Assembly (NCBI RefSeq): GCF_001194135.2
Contig: NC_068983.1
Coordinates: 163,636,492 to 163,700,491 of the forward strand
Reading direction: 5' to 3'
DNA: 64,000 bases
Source: Octopus bimaculoides
Taxonomy: Eukaryota
Positions 49,289-61,899 of this stretch are shown here, piece by piece. The position numbers and the translations under genes were made by a program. The first letter of the stretch is position 1. Every line of letters begins with the position of its first letter. Under the pieces are notes generated by a model. It saw only the letters and a program-made list of their open reading frames with translations, was not told the origin of the DNA and did no database searches.

Positions 49289-49980
49289 ATCCTACAATTA
49301 GATTGGTACAGTATTTATTGACCCTGTCTTCACGTTCAGAGTTCGAATTCCGCCGAGGTCGACTTTGTCTTTCATCCTTTCGGGGTCGATAAATTGATTA
49401 CCAGTTGCGTACCGGGGTCGATCTAATCGACTGGGCCCCTTCCCACCAAATTTTGGGCCTTGTACCTAGAGTAGAGAGAAATGATTTACTGAAGCTGAAA
49501 GAATGAAAAGCAAAGTTGACCTCGGTGAGGTTTGAACTCAGAACGCTGATGATCTAGGTGCGTGTGACTGCGTGTGTGAGGTGAGGAGAACAATTGAATT
49601 ACAGGTAGAACCTACAGAGAGAGAGAAGAGTGAAGAAAGGGGGAGAGAGTAGGGAGAGAGAGAGAGGAATGAGGGAGAAGATATTAAGTCTATATCTGGA
49701 TTCGAACATTATTTATCGACCTTGAAAGGGGGAAAGGTAAAGTTGACATTGGTGGAATTTGAGACGCTGATAACCAGAATGAGGGTGACGTTCCGGAGAA
49801 AGAGAGAGATAAGAATGAGAGAGTGTTGTAAGAATGTGAATGAGATTGACCTTACTTGTAGATTCGTAAGTTCTTTGTCCATCACAAAAAGATAAGAGGC
49901 ATAGTTGACTTCAGAGGAACTCGAACGCAGAACGTAGACAATCAAAATGAATTCTGTGAACGATTCTTTCTAGTTGACGC
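49110..49980. repeat. Diverged tandem array of SINE-A fragment plus (GA)n units, with a nested plus-strand SINE-A (49330-49482)
   Basis: The unit ...gaattacagg..agag(GA)n...tatttatcgacc...gttgacctcgg...gaac recurs three times. Confidence 0.6.
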
Positions 49981-50357
49981 TCCAACGGCTTTATCAATTT
50001 TTCGCCTATGTAAGAGTGGTGGTGGTGGTGGGGCAATAGATAACATTAATTCGATACTAATATATCGACACTTTTAATCGATCTTACAATATATCGACTA
50101 CAACACAAGATGAAGTATGAAATGGGAAGTGAGGGCCAATATATGGAGCTCAAACAATGTCTGCCAACGTTAAACATATCGCCGTAATACAGGCTTCAGT
50201 AGAATAACCTCTCATATTTTATACAGCCATTGAGGCAGGTGGTAAAGAGTCTTTCCTGTAGTTAACGTCTTATCGTTTTCCTTGTTCAGTTACTTTTGTG
50301 GTTTGGACTGGTGTGCACTGTGTTTCTCCTATTCATATAATATATAATGATGAATGT

Positions 50358-50550
50358 AGGGTGGCGAGCTGGTACAATCGCCAGCACGTGATTCGTTTAC
50401 TTCCCGCCTACCAAATCCACTCACAACGCTTTGTTCGGCCTAAGGGTAAAATAAAAGACACTTCCTAAGATGTCACGTTGTGGGACTGAACCCAGATCCA
50501 TGTGATTGGGAAGCAAACTTCTTATCATACAGCTACGCTTGCGCCTATCT
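50358..50550. mobile_element. SINE-A head (plus) fused to SINE-B 5' half (minus)
   Basis: ggtggcgagctggtacaatcg, then ctaccaaatccactcacaacgctttg...gggactgaaccc...aagcaaacttcttatcatacagc. Confidence 0.7.
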
Positions 50551-51082
50551 CAAGATAGTTAAAATATCTGACTGACGGAAGTAAAGTTGGATCACGTATA
50601 CTGTACGTTGATCCACTTTACAGTTAAATCTATCAATCCTTAATTAGTATTTCTTAATCAATGTTTAATCATTAGTACGACAGCAAGTGGTAGATACAGC
50701 TTTTAAACTAAATATAGAACTGCATTAACAAGTATCTCTGTAAATAGTGGTTTTCGATATTTCTGACAGCTTTGATGTGCATTCCTTTGGTGTCAATCAC
50801 AAGAAGGGACTGTGTTACACACAGAGAGATTCAACAGATAATACATATAGCGTTTTATAAGGAGAAAATCAATAGGTTACCATTAGCGAATCGATATTTT
50901 CCCCATGAAGTTACCGAGCTTAAATATTTGTTTCTTCACAGACACAGGTGGAAGCATTCTCGTGTTAAAAGTACAAAGACATCGCTTATTATTTAGCTAC
51001 AACAAAGTCCGCAAGTTAAAGGCTGAGAGAGATAGAAATAGATAAATACATAGCTAGGAAACGAGAAAGATGGAGAAAGAGG

Positions 51083-51160
<78 letters not shown>

Positions 51161-51854
51161 GAAAGGGCGAGAGAGAGAAAGGGTGAGAGAGAAAGTGAGA
51201 GAAAGAGGGAGACATAAAGGATATCACTCATAGATCTAAGTGCAAGCGTATACGCCCGATGAATTTGGAATAGATTCAAAGAATTCAAAGAATCGCAGAT
51301 CAAAGATGTACCCAAGCTATCAGTTTCAAACCCAAAAGCAACACAAAAGAATTACACAAAGACCAAAGTGACATGTGAAACTCATTAACCATTTCCATAT
51401 GTAAAAAAAGTAATATAGTAAAGAAATTCAAATGTAGTCGAAAAAAATATAAGGAATTCATATGATAATGGCATAAATAAAATAAGGAAGCAAGAGGCAT
51501 CTGACACAAAACCTTTAAAAAGCTGGTCAATAGTTGATCTCCAAGAGGTTCAGCGGAACTGTGTCAGTGACCAGGTCGAAGATGGTCAACATTTTGACAT
51601 TTTATGGTATAGAATATTATCAAGGGATTAGACGAGAGGGGACGTAAAAGTGCTGTAAATGGCGGCTATGGCTCTTCCACGATGTAATTGTTTCCGTTTC
51701 CGGTCACGAACTCTGATTCAGTCACTTGCACATTCACAATTATAACCTTGGGATATTTGTGTGCATGTATGTATGTATGTATGTATGTATGTATGTATGT
51801 ATGTATGTATGTATGTATGTATGTGTGTGTGTATGTATATGTATATATGTTTGT

Positions 51855-52205
51855 GTGTGTGTTATCAGTTTTATTTCAAGACTTCCTGCCAATTGAGAAA
51901 GGGCCAGTTTCTAATCTATAGCCAAGGTTCTCTTATTGGAATTTCAACAACATCAGGGTATTTGTGAATGTTTGTGTGAATGTGTATAACAGTTGCTGTC
52001 AGTACTTGTGCAGGCTTATATTTATTTTGTGTTACGTTCGTATTCTCATGTGTATTGTTGCATGTCTAGATATAAAGCAGATATATTTAAATGTGAAACT
52101 TTTGGAAAGTTTTACAAGTTTTGACAATTCTATTGATGGCTTGAATCTGCAATCTTCTAATTAGCTTCCGCCTTTCTGGTTTTGAGAAAACTGGTGCTTA
52201 GGCAG
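51855..52205 (-). mobile_element. 3' end of the (TACA)n-associated R4-related family (second copy)
   Basis: The 3' UTR and C-terminal coding end align by eye with 18800-19110 (e.g. acttcctgccaattgagaaagggccagtttctaatct vs atttcttgcccatagagaaagaagcgttttctaacct). (TATG)n lies on both sides. Confidence 0.8.
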
Positions 52206-52224
52206 TATAGATGTTTGTATGTGC

Positions 52225-52255
<31 letters not shown>

Positions 52256-52289
52256 TGTATGTATGTATGTATGTGCGTATGTATGTATG

Positions 52290-52880
52290 TATCTTATATT
52301 CTTTGTTCTCGGTGACTCCTTCTGTTTCATGTTCGTACCATTTCTATATTCTGTTCAGGCTCTACTTTTCACATAGTCTCCAATGAACAAACTTAGCCAC
52401 AATATTGTGCTTCCTTCTGTAGTGCTTTTGGACCATCTTGATACACTCACACACAATATGCGAGATTGTTTCGTTTTTGCTACCGCACATCTTGTTTGTT
52501 AAATGTTTGTGTCGCTTCACATTTTCGGTAGGTATTTTATTGAAAATTCTATCAACGGCAAGCAAGGATGCACTCTGTTGTTTGATGTACCATCTCAGAC
52601 TGTTATTTTCGTTGACAACACAGATTTTGCATCTTCTGAGGCCTTTTTATCCCTTGTCCCTAGGCACATACAGTCTGTCAATGTCGCTTTTTTGAGTGTG
52701 TTTCATTATTAATTGTCATCACTTTTCTGGTTTTGCTATTCATTTCCCCAAGCTCGTTCTTTGTCCACCTAACAACTCCTGCACCAAAATTATTACCACT
52801 TTTCTTCATCTTCGTTCAATTCTATTTCCATTTCTTGCCTAGTATCCTCCTGACACCTAGGGCAGAGGAACTCACTGTCT
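52290..52880 (-). mobile_element. R4/Dong-like internal fragment (RT thumb to CCHC)
   Basis: GVVRWTKNELGEMNSKTRKVMT; NKMCGSKNETISHIVCECIKMVQKHYRRKHNIVAKFVHWRLCEK; KWYEHETEGVTENK. Confidence 0.8.
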
Positions 52881-53499
52881 ACATTACTAGGCCATTAAAA
52901 TAAAGACACCAGATTGTCCGTTTACAAAGTCATGTGATCGAGAAAAGGGAGAAGAAGGACAGAGAGAAAAAGGAAAAACGAAAAAATGAAAAACTAAGAG
53001 AAGAAAATAGAGGTGAAAAAAAGGAAAGACAATTCACAGTGACAATGCTCTTCTCAGTACGTGTGGCGTACCAGTTCAGACAATCTTTGGCACTTCCTGC
53101 ATGAGACTTGTAGAATCTGGTCTATTCACCAGCCTGCTTCTCTTCCTCCTACTATTCCCTTCAACCTTCACATATTTATGATTATCTCAAGTACAAGACA
53201 AAAGTTAAAACTAAACATTCAATAATACCACACAGTAGTAGTAAGAACAAAGATGGCAGATTTAAATAAATAATGTTTATACTGTCCGCCATGGCTGGAA
53301 AGGTTAGCCACAACGATACAAATCAAGACTCTATTGGTGGTAACTAACGTTGTGCAATGCTGTAATAGCAAGGTTAAAATAACTGTGATGGTTTTAATGT
53401 CGACAATAGTGGCAAAGATAACAAACCGTTTCTACATCTGCTACAACGGCTGAATACTAATGATTTTAAAGTAGTGCAAATATGTCTTACGAAACAAAA

Positions 53500-53905
53500 A
53501 GGGAAACTACAACAATACACCAAATCGCTTGACTTATGGTTAATCTGGAAGCGCGTCCCCCAGGGGAGAGCCAACCTGAGGTCGAAAAGTCATCCACTGG
53601 CACAATCTCTTCTCTGAATACGAACCTGGATGGTCACTTGAACGGGAACTGCCCCAACTCGAGTCCTCCAAGTCCATCACCACACCCACCACAAAAAGAA
53701 AAATGTAAGTCGATCAAATGGACTCGGGAAGAGTATACAGAAGTAATATACTCCTATTAATATGCATTAGGCGGACCATCTGAACAGAAACACACGGTAC
53801 ACTCTTATCTCTTATCAAGTATGGAGAACACGATATCAAGACAGCAGAATACATTTGGATGAAAACAAGTTAGCAAATGCTAGGAAGAATATCTAAAAGA
53901 CTCAC
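53500..53905 (+). mobile_element. N-terminal fragment of an R4-related element
   Basis: KWTREEYTEVIYSY...VWRTRYQDSRIHLDENKLANARKNI matches the N-terminal motif of R4-related ORFs. It is interrupted by the opposite-strand Dong copy. Confidence 0.6.
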
Positions 53906-53919
53906 AGATATGCTTTATT

Positions 53920-54712
53920 ATTATTATTATGTGATGAAAACTCACATCTTATTTTGCTGGGTATGATGGAAAGAGCCAGTTGTCCACAGCCCGCGGACTA
54001 AGGAGACACTTGTTTACTGGTCATGCCTCAAGAACCCTGCGAAGAATTCTTGCAGTTCCAAGCAATGCTGAGTTTTATAGGTGTTCTACCATCACAATTG
54101 CACCAATCTTTTTAACACTTGCACCAATCTTTTTAACACTTGCACCAATCTTTTTAACACTTGCACCAATCTTTTTCAGCCATGCTGAGTGCTGATACTT
54201 CCAAGTGCACCAATTACAATTGGTATCGCATCTACTCTCTTCATTGGTTCCAACCTTCGTATTTCCTACTTCAAATCGTCATAGTTGTTTATTTTGTTCT
54301 TCTTCTTGTCACCAGAGTATGCTATATCGATTATCATGCATTTTCTTTCTTTTTTATTCCCCACAACAATGTCTGGTTTCTGATGTCTGGTCAGGTGATC
54401 GCACTGGATCAATGCATCCCACAGGATTTTGCAATTCTTATTTTCGGTGATTCCTTCTGGGGTTTGCTCATACCACGTCTTTGCTCTTTGTAGGCCGTGA
54501 TTTCCACAGAGCTCCCAATGGATCACTTTTGCCAAATTGTCATGGCGTCTTTTGTATTCACGTTGTGCCAATTTCGAGCATTCGCTAACGATGTGCCATA
54601 CCGTTTCGCCCCTCTCGCCACACATTCTGTATTTGTGCCTATTGGCAGTGTTGTCTATTCTGCACTTCATATAGTTGGTCCTTAACGCTTGTTCCTCAGC
54701 TGCGCATATGAG
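53920..54712 (-). mobile_element. R4/Dong-like 3' end (CCHC, RLE, 3' UTR), near-identical family member to 43115-43655
   Basis: YRMCGERGETVWHIVSECSKLAQREYKRRHD...KILWD...QKPDIVV (ORF 54266-54670). Same 3' UTR and TCACA-(TAA)n end, plus an internal 21-bp tandem repeat. Confidence 0.9.
54098..54176. repeat. 21-bp minisatellite, ~3.8 copies, inside a Dong copy
   Basis: ttgcaccaatctttttaacac occurs three times plus a partial copy. The paralog at ~43290 has a single unit. Confidence 0.95.
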
Positions 54713-54760
54713 TGCTTCATTATCATCATCATCATCATCGTCATCATCATCATCATCATT

Positions 54761-54809
<49 letters not shown>

Positions 54810-54822
54810 CCACCATCATCAA

Positions 54823-54875
<53 letters not shown>

Positions 54876-55980
54876 CCATCATCAACATCATCAACATCAT
54901 CATCATCTTTAATCTGCAGAAGTTACAGGGTAGATGAAAGGTTGAGAGTTTCGTGCAGTGTTCGATAAGTGTCGACGCACAAAACTTTCGCTTCTTGAAT
55001 CATTCTATGACTTTTGCTGATTTTTATTAAAAATATATATACTTACTTCACTTGAGCTCTACTTTCCTGTTTGCATCGCCAAACCAATATATCTACCTAC
55101 CTACCTACACCCATGCATACATCAATACATACATACACACGTACATATATATACACACACTTATGATGTATATTTATATATATGTTACATTGATATGTAT
55201 ATAGACATGTATAAAATATGTGAAATAAAACCAATAATTCCGAAACCAATTCCATAGATGCACACAGGTACGACCATATCACCATTTCGTCATGTCGCCA
55301 TATCGTTAAGCAATTCAATTTATCTATTGCAGACGCTCAGTAAAAATCCTTCGATTCGCCAATAAACATAAAATACAAATCCAATATCACGACATATTCC
55401 TTTTGTTGTTGATTTTTTTCTGTCTTTGCCGTAAGAAACTTTCCATCTCAAGAAAAACCTTACTTACTTTTAGCACCCGCCGATAATAATATTAAAAATA
55501 ATGCTTGAGATGCTTGGAACAGCTGAGAGGAATAGCACAGAGATGTTGAAGTGGTATAAACAGGAATCATTGGTATCATAACATCGAATCGCCTGTCTTT
55601 CGATTGCAGTCAACCGTCATGCGGCGTCCTCCTTCGCCACGTCGCAAACATGGCGTCTACTCAAGAAAAATAAAGTTTAAAGAGAGCATCATCTTTAATC
55701 TTCACAAACATAACCATCAGAGGAATGAAGGTTATATGGTGCTTTTGCTGGAGGACGTGAAATCATTTGCAACATAAAGAATTTCAGGAGAGACGTGATT
55801 GGAATCTAGTCTCGGAGTTCATAAATACTATAAAAACACTACACAGGTACACAAATACATGGCACATAAACACACACACACACACACACACATACTCACA
55901 CACGCACACACACAACCACTCACACACACACAAACACACTAACACACATATACACACACACATGCACACACACACAACAC

Positions 55981-56033
<53 letters not shown>

Positions 56034-58204
56034 AATGCATCTGTATACATATATAAATATAGGTGTGGATGTGTGTATGTATCTGTGTGTTTATTAGTAT
56101 ATATACACACATATGGATACATATATACATACGTATGTATGTATGTATGTATGTATATAGACATGTATATACATTCATATAGACATACGTATATATTCGT
56201 ATACATATACAAGTAATCATATTCTGTAACGTACAGATTAAAGATTATTCAACATGTTAAGCAAGGTAAATATTTTATATAGTTTATAGTTAATGTTCAC
56301 TACTTTGCTTCACCTTACATGTCCGAACGAACAGCTATCTTCAGACCAGGCACCAAAAATCAATAAACGCAAATTTCCTGAACTAAAATTTTTTCACGCC
56401 AGCACTAAACGGCACCGAACAACGCGTTACAAACTTGTCGTTCGCTTTAACTGTGCTACACCAGATTGAAGTTCGTCTCAGCCGCAGGGTGCGCAGGGCA
56501 GGCGCGGAACTTCACCCTCTTTATATCACTTCCTGTCTCATGAGCTTCTTCAACTGTATCTGAAATCGTATCCTGAAACAGAAATAATCGAGTTATAGTA
56601 ACTATTAATATCATATTTATATTTATTTCCATTTAAATGAAAATAAATATAAATTGACCTTATTATATGTTATAAGTATCCAATTGTTTTGCAGCTATGT
56701 CCCTGATCACTTACAACATTCGACTGCATTTGTTGGGGATCATCTTTTGACTGGGAATTACCTGAAGAAAATGTAAATGAAGAAAGCTTCAATAGTAGTG
56801 ATGTGGTTTACATAAAAGCTGAGGGATCTGGGTTTCAGAGGATAACAGGATGTGTATCTTTTACGTGTCTACAAAAATTGATTTGCAGTGTCTGGTTTGG
56901 ATTATTATCTGGGCTGGATTGGAGAATTGGTAAGCGAAATTTGAGATTTCGTTTAGAATCTAGAAACGTGTAGAAAATAAGAGTATGTTGCATGTTATGA
57001 TACCGATACCACGATGTGGGGGAATGGCGTCCAAGTTGTCTGCAACAAAGTGAACCCCTCCAAATAACTTTATGATCCAAGAAGTGATTTTAAACCTTTC
57101 GGTGTGATATGCCTATCCTCAGAAATAAGTAAAAAAAGCTGATATTAAACAAGATTACATTGGACAATACCATGCAGGAATAAAAAAAATGTCCTGTCCT
57201 CGAGATAAAAAGGCTTTACAAAACCTTTTATATTTGTGAGATGAATGTAAAATCTTCAGTGGGTAGCATTAACACAAAAATTTCCTACACTGGTATGAGT
57301 GAAAACAGTTTTAAACATGGCTAGCTAAACCACAAAATTCACCAACAGTTGCCAAAATAATGTGGGTCACAAAATTGTCAAGATATGTATAGCAACTGAT
57401 AAACAATACATTGTCAATTTTCACATTAAAAGTCTATCGCCAACTATGTGGCCTTGAAAACAGAATATCTGCGGAGAAATCCTATACATTTGCTTTCCAC
57501 TTTCCATCAAACTTCCTACTTCGTACATTTGATAAATCTCCTGGTGAGCCAGGCCTTTCAACTCGCATACATGTCAGGCCAAACCAGTGTACAAACATAT
57601 ATATGCAAACTCGTCCTTCAACAAACTGAATGACATTGGTATTCGTTTTATCTCAGACTCTGAAATGTGCTCCTCTGCTGTTCAAGGTGGCAAGATGTCT
57701 AAACGATGAAGTTGTTACTATCGTTGTCGCTGTTTATGTCGGTGTAAACTGTACTGAGCAGACCTTTGCTCGGAAGCTTTCTAACTGTGACCGTCCTGAC
57801 TTCTTATAGATCAAAAACTACATTGTCCAATTTCTCTTTTTCTCAGGATGCTAGAGTGTGATATGAGGGAGGTTTGGCTGCTATTTTTAGATGGTGGATG
57901 AACCACGTAGAGGCCCTCTCATTGGCTCGTCTGAATCGATAATTTATGTGTTCAGAACTTTCAACTTTTGGGTAACCAATTTTCAGTTTCAGTCCTCCTT
58001 GGGTATTTGCAGGGATTGGTGTATTTATTTCGTTGGTGACCCCTAGCTCATTAGCGCAGTATCTAGCTTTAGAGTATGCACTTAGCTCTTGCTAATTAAG
58101 CTGATTCTACATCGAAAATTATATTAAGAATTACTTGAAAAGTCTTCGGTTCTGCTCTATCTTGTTGTAGCCTATTGTATTTTGATAAAGTTCGGAAGCC
58201 GGTT

Positions 58205-58355
58205 AAATCGACCCCGGTACACGACTGGTTCTTTATTTCATTGAACCCCTAAAAATAAAGCACAGTTGACCGCCACGTGATTTGAACTCAGAACCCAAAA
58301 TTCTGGAACCAATATCGCATAGCATTTTATCAAATGATCTCACGATTCTGCCATT
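58205..58355 (-). mobile_element. SINE family A, diverged
   Basis: atcgaccccggtacacgactgg...gatttgaactcagaac...gattctgcca. Confidence 0.75.
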
Positions 58356-58457
58356 AACGATTTTTGCTTGAGCAGCGTCTGGGGTTCCAGTTATTTAATA
58401 TAAAATAAATTTAACACAAATAATTCATGGTAGCAGCAGCAGCAGTAGCAGTAGTAA

Positions 58458-58489
<32 letters not shown>

Positions 58490-58493
<4 letters not shown>

Positions 58494-58830
58494 GCAGCGT
58501 TGGTGGCTATCCGTGGCAGGTGGACGTTGACTGTTCTGTTCAGATTCTGAACAAAACACCTTGGATGGTTAGCGAGGCAATTGACGTCGTTCCGCCAACC
58601 AGCCTGGTTCTCTGGGCCTCCAATCAAGACGCCAATTGGTGTACAAGAGTGCAGCCTCACAATAGTAGCTCACTTGCTAGTCGACACCCAACCATTGTCT
58701 GATAGTGCAGATGTCCCACTTGGCTGCAATAACCTTCAAACAGTTTGTCTGGAATTCCTCCACCTTGTTGCTTGTCCAACGTCCTGCTGCTGATGTTTCT
58801 ACGGTGGCCTTACACGAAAGGCTCAGGTTT
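58490..58830 (-). mobile_element. RTE-like LINE 3' end with (TAC)n tail
   Basis: KVEEFQTNCLKVIAAKWD (L..F..RCLR.I..I.W.D-like) and GGPENQAGWRNDV. A (TAC/TGC)n tail lies at 58425-58490. Confidence 0.5.
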
Positions 58831-59329
58831 GTCGTAAACTATTTTCTATAACAAGTGTATCAATAATAAATGTGAACAAATAGATATAAAAATATACTTG
58901 TTGTTCTTTCCATTGTAACATGCTCGATGTTGCAAGCTATTGAAAAAATGTCATTTTGTATTTGAAGCGCAGACGACAATTAATTTGATTCTTGCATTTC
59001 ATTAATTTTTATCAATAAATTACTGCAATTTCATGGACTGAAAATCTTCTAACCTTTTTCCTTATATCGTCATTAATGTTTAATCAAATGCATAACTTAC
59101 GTATAATTGAATTAACGTTCATTTCCCTCCCTGCTTCGAAGTTGACAAATTGTGCATGCCGGTTCAACTGATTTAATGCCCAATATCCCGACGGTATTTT
59201 TCCTAATGACCATATTAATTGAAAGTAACGAATAACAGCACATAGCTGAATAAATTAATAATTTTTACAAGTTACTAAGCAGTGTTTAACGTTACGTATT
59301 TGATATTGTTTATAATTTCAGAACAAAGC

Positions 59330-59922
59330 TAGCAATTTTGTGGGTTGATAGATTTTATCGACTCCAGTGCTCAACTGGTACTTATTTTATCTACCCCGGA
59401 AGGACAAAAGTCATAGTCGATCTCGGCGGAATTTGAACTCAGAGCCGGAAGACATGCCACTAGTTTTTTCGTCCGACGGTCTAATGATTCTGCCAGCTCG
59501 CTGTCTCCGTTATGCATGTAACGTTCCTGTCTACTCTAAGCACAAGGCCTTAAACTATGGCGCGATGAGTATCACCAATTACATCGACTCCAGTGTGCAA
59601 CTGGTATTTATTTTATCGACTCCGAAAGGATGAAAGGGAAAGTCGACCTCGGCAGCATTTGAACTCAGAACGCCAAGGCGGACGAAATGCCGCTAAGCAT
59701 TTTGTCCGGCATGCTAACGATTCTGCCAGCTTGTTGCCTTCTTAACGCATATAATATTGTAACTAGTTGTCTTTACGTTTTGCGTTCAAATTCTGCCGAG
59801 GTCGACTTTGCCTTTCATCCTTTCAGAGTCGATGAATTAAGTAGTAGTTGCGTACTGGGGTCGATCTAATCGACTGCCCCCTCCCCAAAAATTTCGGGCC
59901 TTGTGCGTAGAAAAGAATATTG
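59330..59922. mobile_element. Three SINE family A copies (minus 59330-59505, minus 59545-59742, plus 59770-59922)
   Basis: Direct sequence match to family A. The last two copies are head-to-head. Confidence 0.9.
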
Positions 59923-60324
59923 TAACAAGTTGTACATACACTATGTCCATAGATCAGCGCTGGTAGATGAGCCGTTCCATAGTCACTCGGCTCGGTAGCA
60001 TTAGCAACTAAATCTTCCTCATCAGCGACTAAATCTACTAACTTACAATAAAGGGTGAATAGTCGTTTATTTATCCACTCTTTTTGAATAGAAAATGGAA
60101 AAGTCACCATTTGATAACCTAGAAATTTGTTTTCTGTTGTCAGAGATTTTGTATTAATTGAATCCAATCTGCAATGCTGAATTCTGTTCGATCAGCTTAG
60201 ATTTTCCAAGCATGACTGGAACTGATAAAATCTTATCTTTTGATTAAAATCCTCGAATTTGGGGGTTTTGAATGGTAAAGAGCTGGTTGAGCTGAAACAT
60301 TAGTTAATAATAAGTATACAAAGA

Positions 60325-60370
60325 CGTGTGAGTGGATCTGGTTGACGGAAACCGAAACAAGCCCGGCGTA

Positions 60371-60432
<62 letters not shown>

Positions 60433-60433
60433 C

Positions 60434-60473
<40 letters not shown>

Positions 60474-60690
60474 GTGTGCGTGTGTGTGGCTGTGTTTGTC
60501 CCCCAACACTGCTTGACAACCGGTATTGGTGTGTTTACATCCATATAGCTTAGTGAGGCAAAAAAAACCCGACAGAATAGTCACTGGACTTTTAAAAAAA
60601 GTACTGTGTGTGATTCGTTTTGACTATGGTTCCTCAAGCTGGTGCCCCAGCATGGCCGCAGTCTAATGAGTAAAACAAATAAAACATTAA
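60325..60690 (+). mobile_element. SINE family B, 3' two-thirds
   Basis: gtgagtggatctggttgacggaaaccgaaacaagcccg (TA)n(TG)n ... ggtgccccagcatggccgcagtc. Confidence 0.85.
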
Positions 60691-61116
60691 AGGTTACATT
60701 GGAAAACTGTTATTGTTAACCTTGGAAATATATCAACTTGAACGAAAAGGATCTTCAATGATTTTCTCTTGCGTTTTAACCGCGAAAACTTTCTTTTAGG
60801 CACCAATATTAATCGTTTAACGTGTTAACGTCCCAGCATCCATGATCCATCATTAGAGTATGCTGGTTGAATACTTCCCCTTCCTTCTCACTGTCCGCTT
60901 CACAAGTCCCAGGGGAAATAATCCAGACACGAGGCGTACATTAATTTAGGCGTAGGCATGGCTTTAGGGTTAAGAAGATCGCTTTGCGACCAAATAGTTT
61001 CGAATGCGGCACCTTGGGCTTGGGTCTTCTACTATAGTCGGGACCAATGCCTTTTGAGATAATTTGCTGAGGTGTCCATATTGTCACGTTCAGCAACATT
61101 ACCATCACTAATGATA

Positions 61117-61332
61117 CGAGGGGCGCTTAAACGTTCCTGGCTTTAAGGGTATCGCAAAAGGCCTGGTTGGAGGCCCAAACTTCCGAATTCTTTTACAAGC
61201 CTTAGAAAAGCTGAAGGACCGCTGCAATAAGTGTGTGAATTTGAGAGGGGAATATGTTGAATAAAATCATAAGTAACCGATCCTCCTGTATTTGCTTTTA
61301 ACCAAAGCCTGGAACTTTTCAGCACCCCCTCG
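61117..61332. mobile_element. mariner-derived MITE (internal deletion derivative)
   Basis: TIRs (ta)cgaggggcgcttaaacgttcctggcttt and aaagcctggaacttttcagcaccccctcg. It retains the transposase end LKDRCNKCVNLRGEYVE*, with TA at the left flank. Confidence 0.85.
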
Positions 61333-61537
61333 TTGTGAAATCTACGCACTTGGGTGCTATTTGACCATGAGATACCGGTTTTTATGGCAAAAGGAACATC
61401 GAGATACGCAACATAATGGTGGTTCATATTTTATATTTAAGCAGATCTAAGTAATTTAACATGTAAATTGATTTAATTTTACTGGTGAAAATATTGTGTA
61501 TTAGAATCAATCTTTCAGAAATATTTTAAATATATCG

Positions 61538-61899
61538 TGGTACTCCGTCGGTTACGATGACGAGGGTTCCAGTTGATCCGATCAACGGAACAGCCTGCTC
61601 GTGAAATTAACGTGCAAGTGGCCGAGCACTCTGCAGACACGTGTGCCCTTAACGTAATTCCCAGAGAGATTCAAAGTGACACACAGTGTGACAAGGCTGA
61701 CCTTTTGAAACAGGAAGAAAGAGTGAGAGAAAGTTGTGGTGAAAGAGTACAGCAGGATTCGCCACCACCCTGCCGGAGCCTCGGGGAGCTTTAGTTGTTT
61801 TCGCTCAATAAACACTCACAACATCCGGTCTGGGAATCGAAACCGTGATCTTACGACCGCGAGTCCGCTGCCCTCACCACTGGGCCATTGCGCTTCCAC
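61538..61899 (-). mobile_element. tRNA-derived SINE family C1, full length
   Basis: Head GTGGAAGCGCAATGGCCCAGTGGTGAGGGCAGCGGACTCGCGGTCGTAAGATCACGGTTTCGATTCCC with A and B boxes. The tail ends ...CGTAACCGACGGAGTACCA. Confidence 0.9.

Noticed and set aside
50170-50205. CTGAA-GCC..GGC-GATA hammerhead-like motif (minus)
   Set aside because: Both core segments are defective. At best a decayed PLE end, too weak to call.
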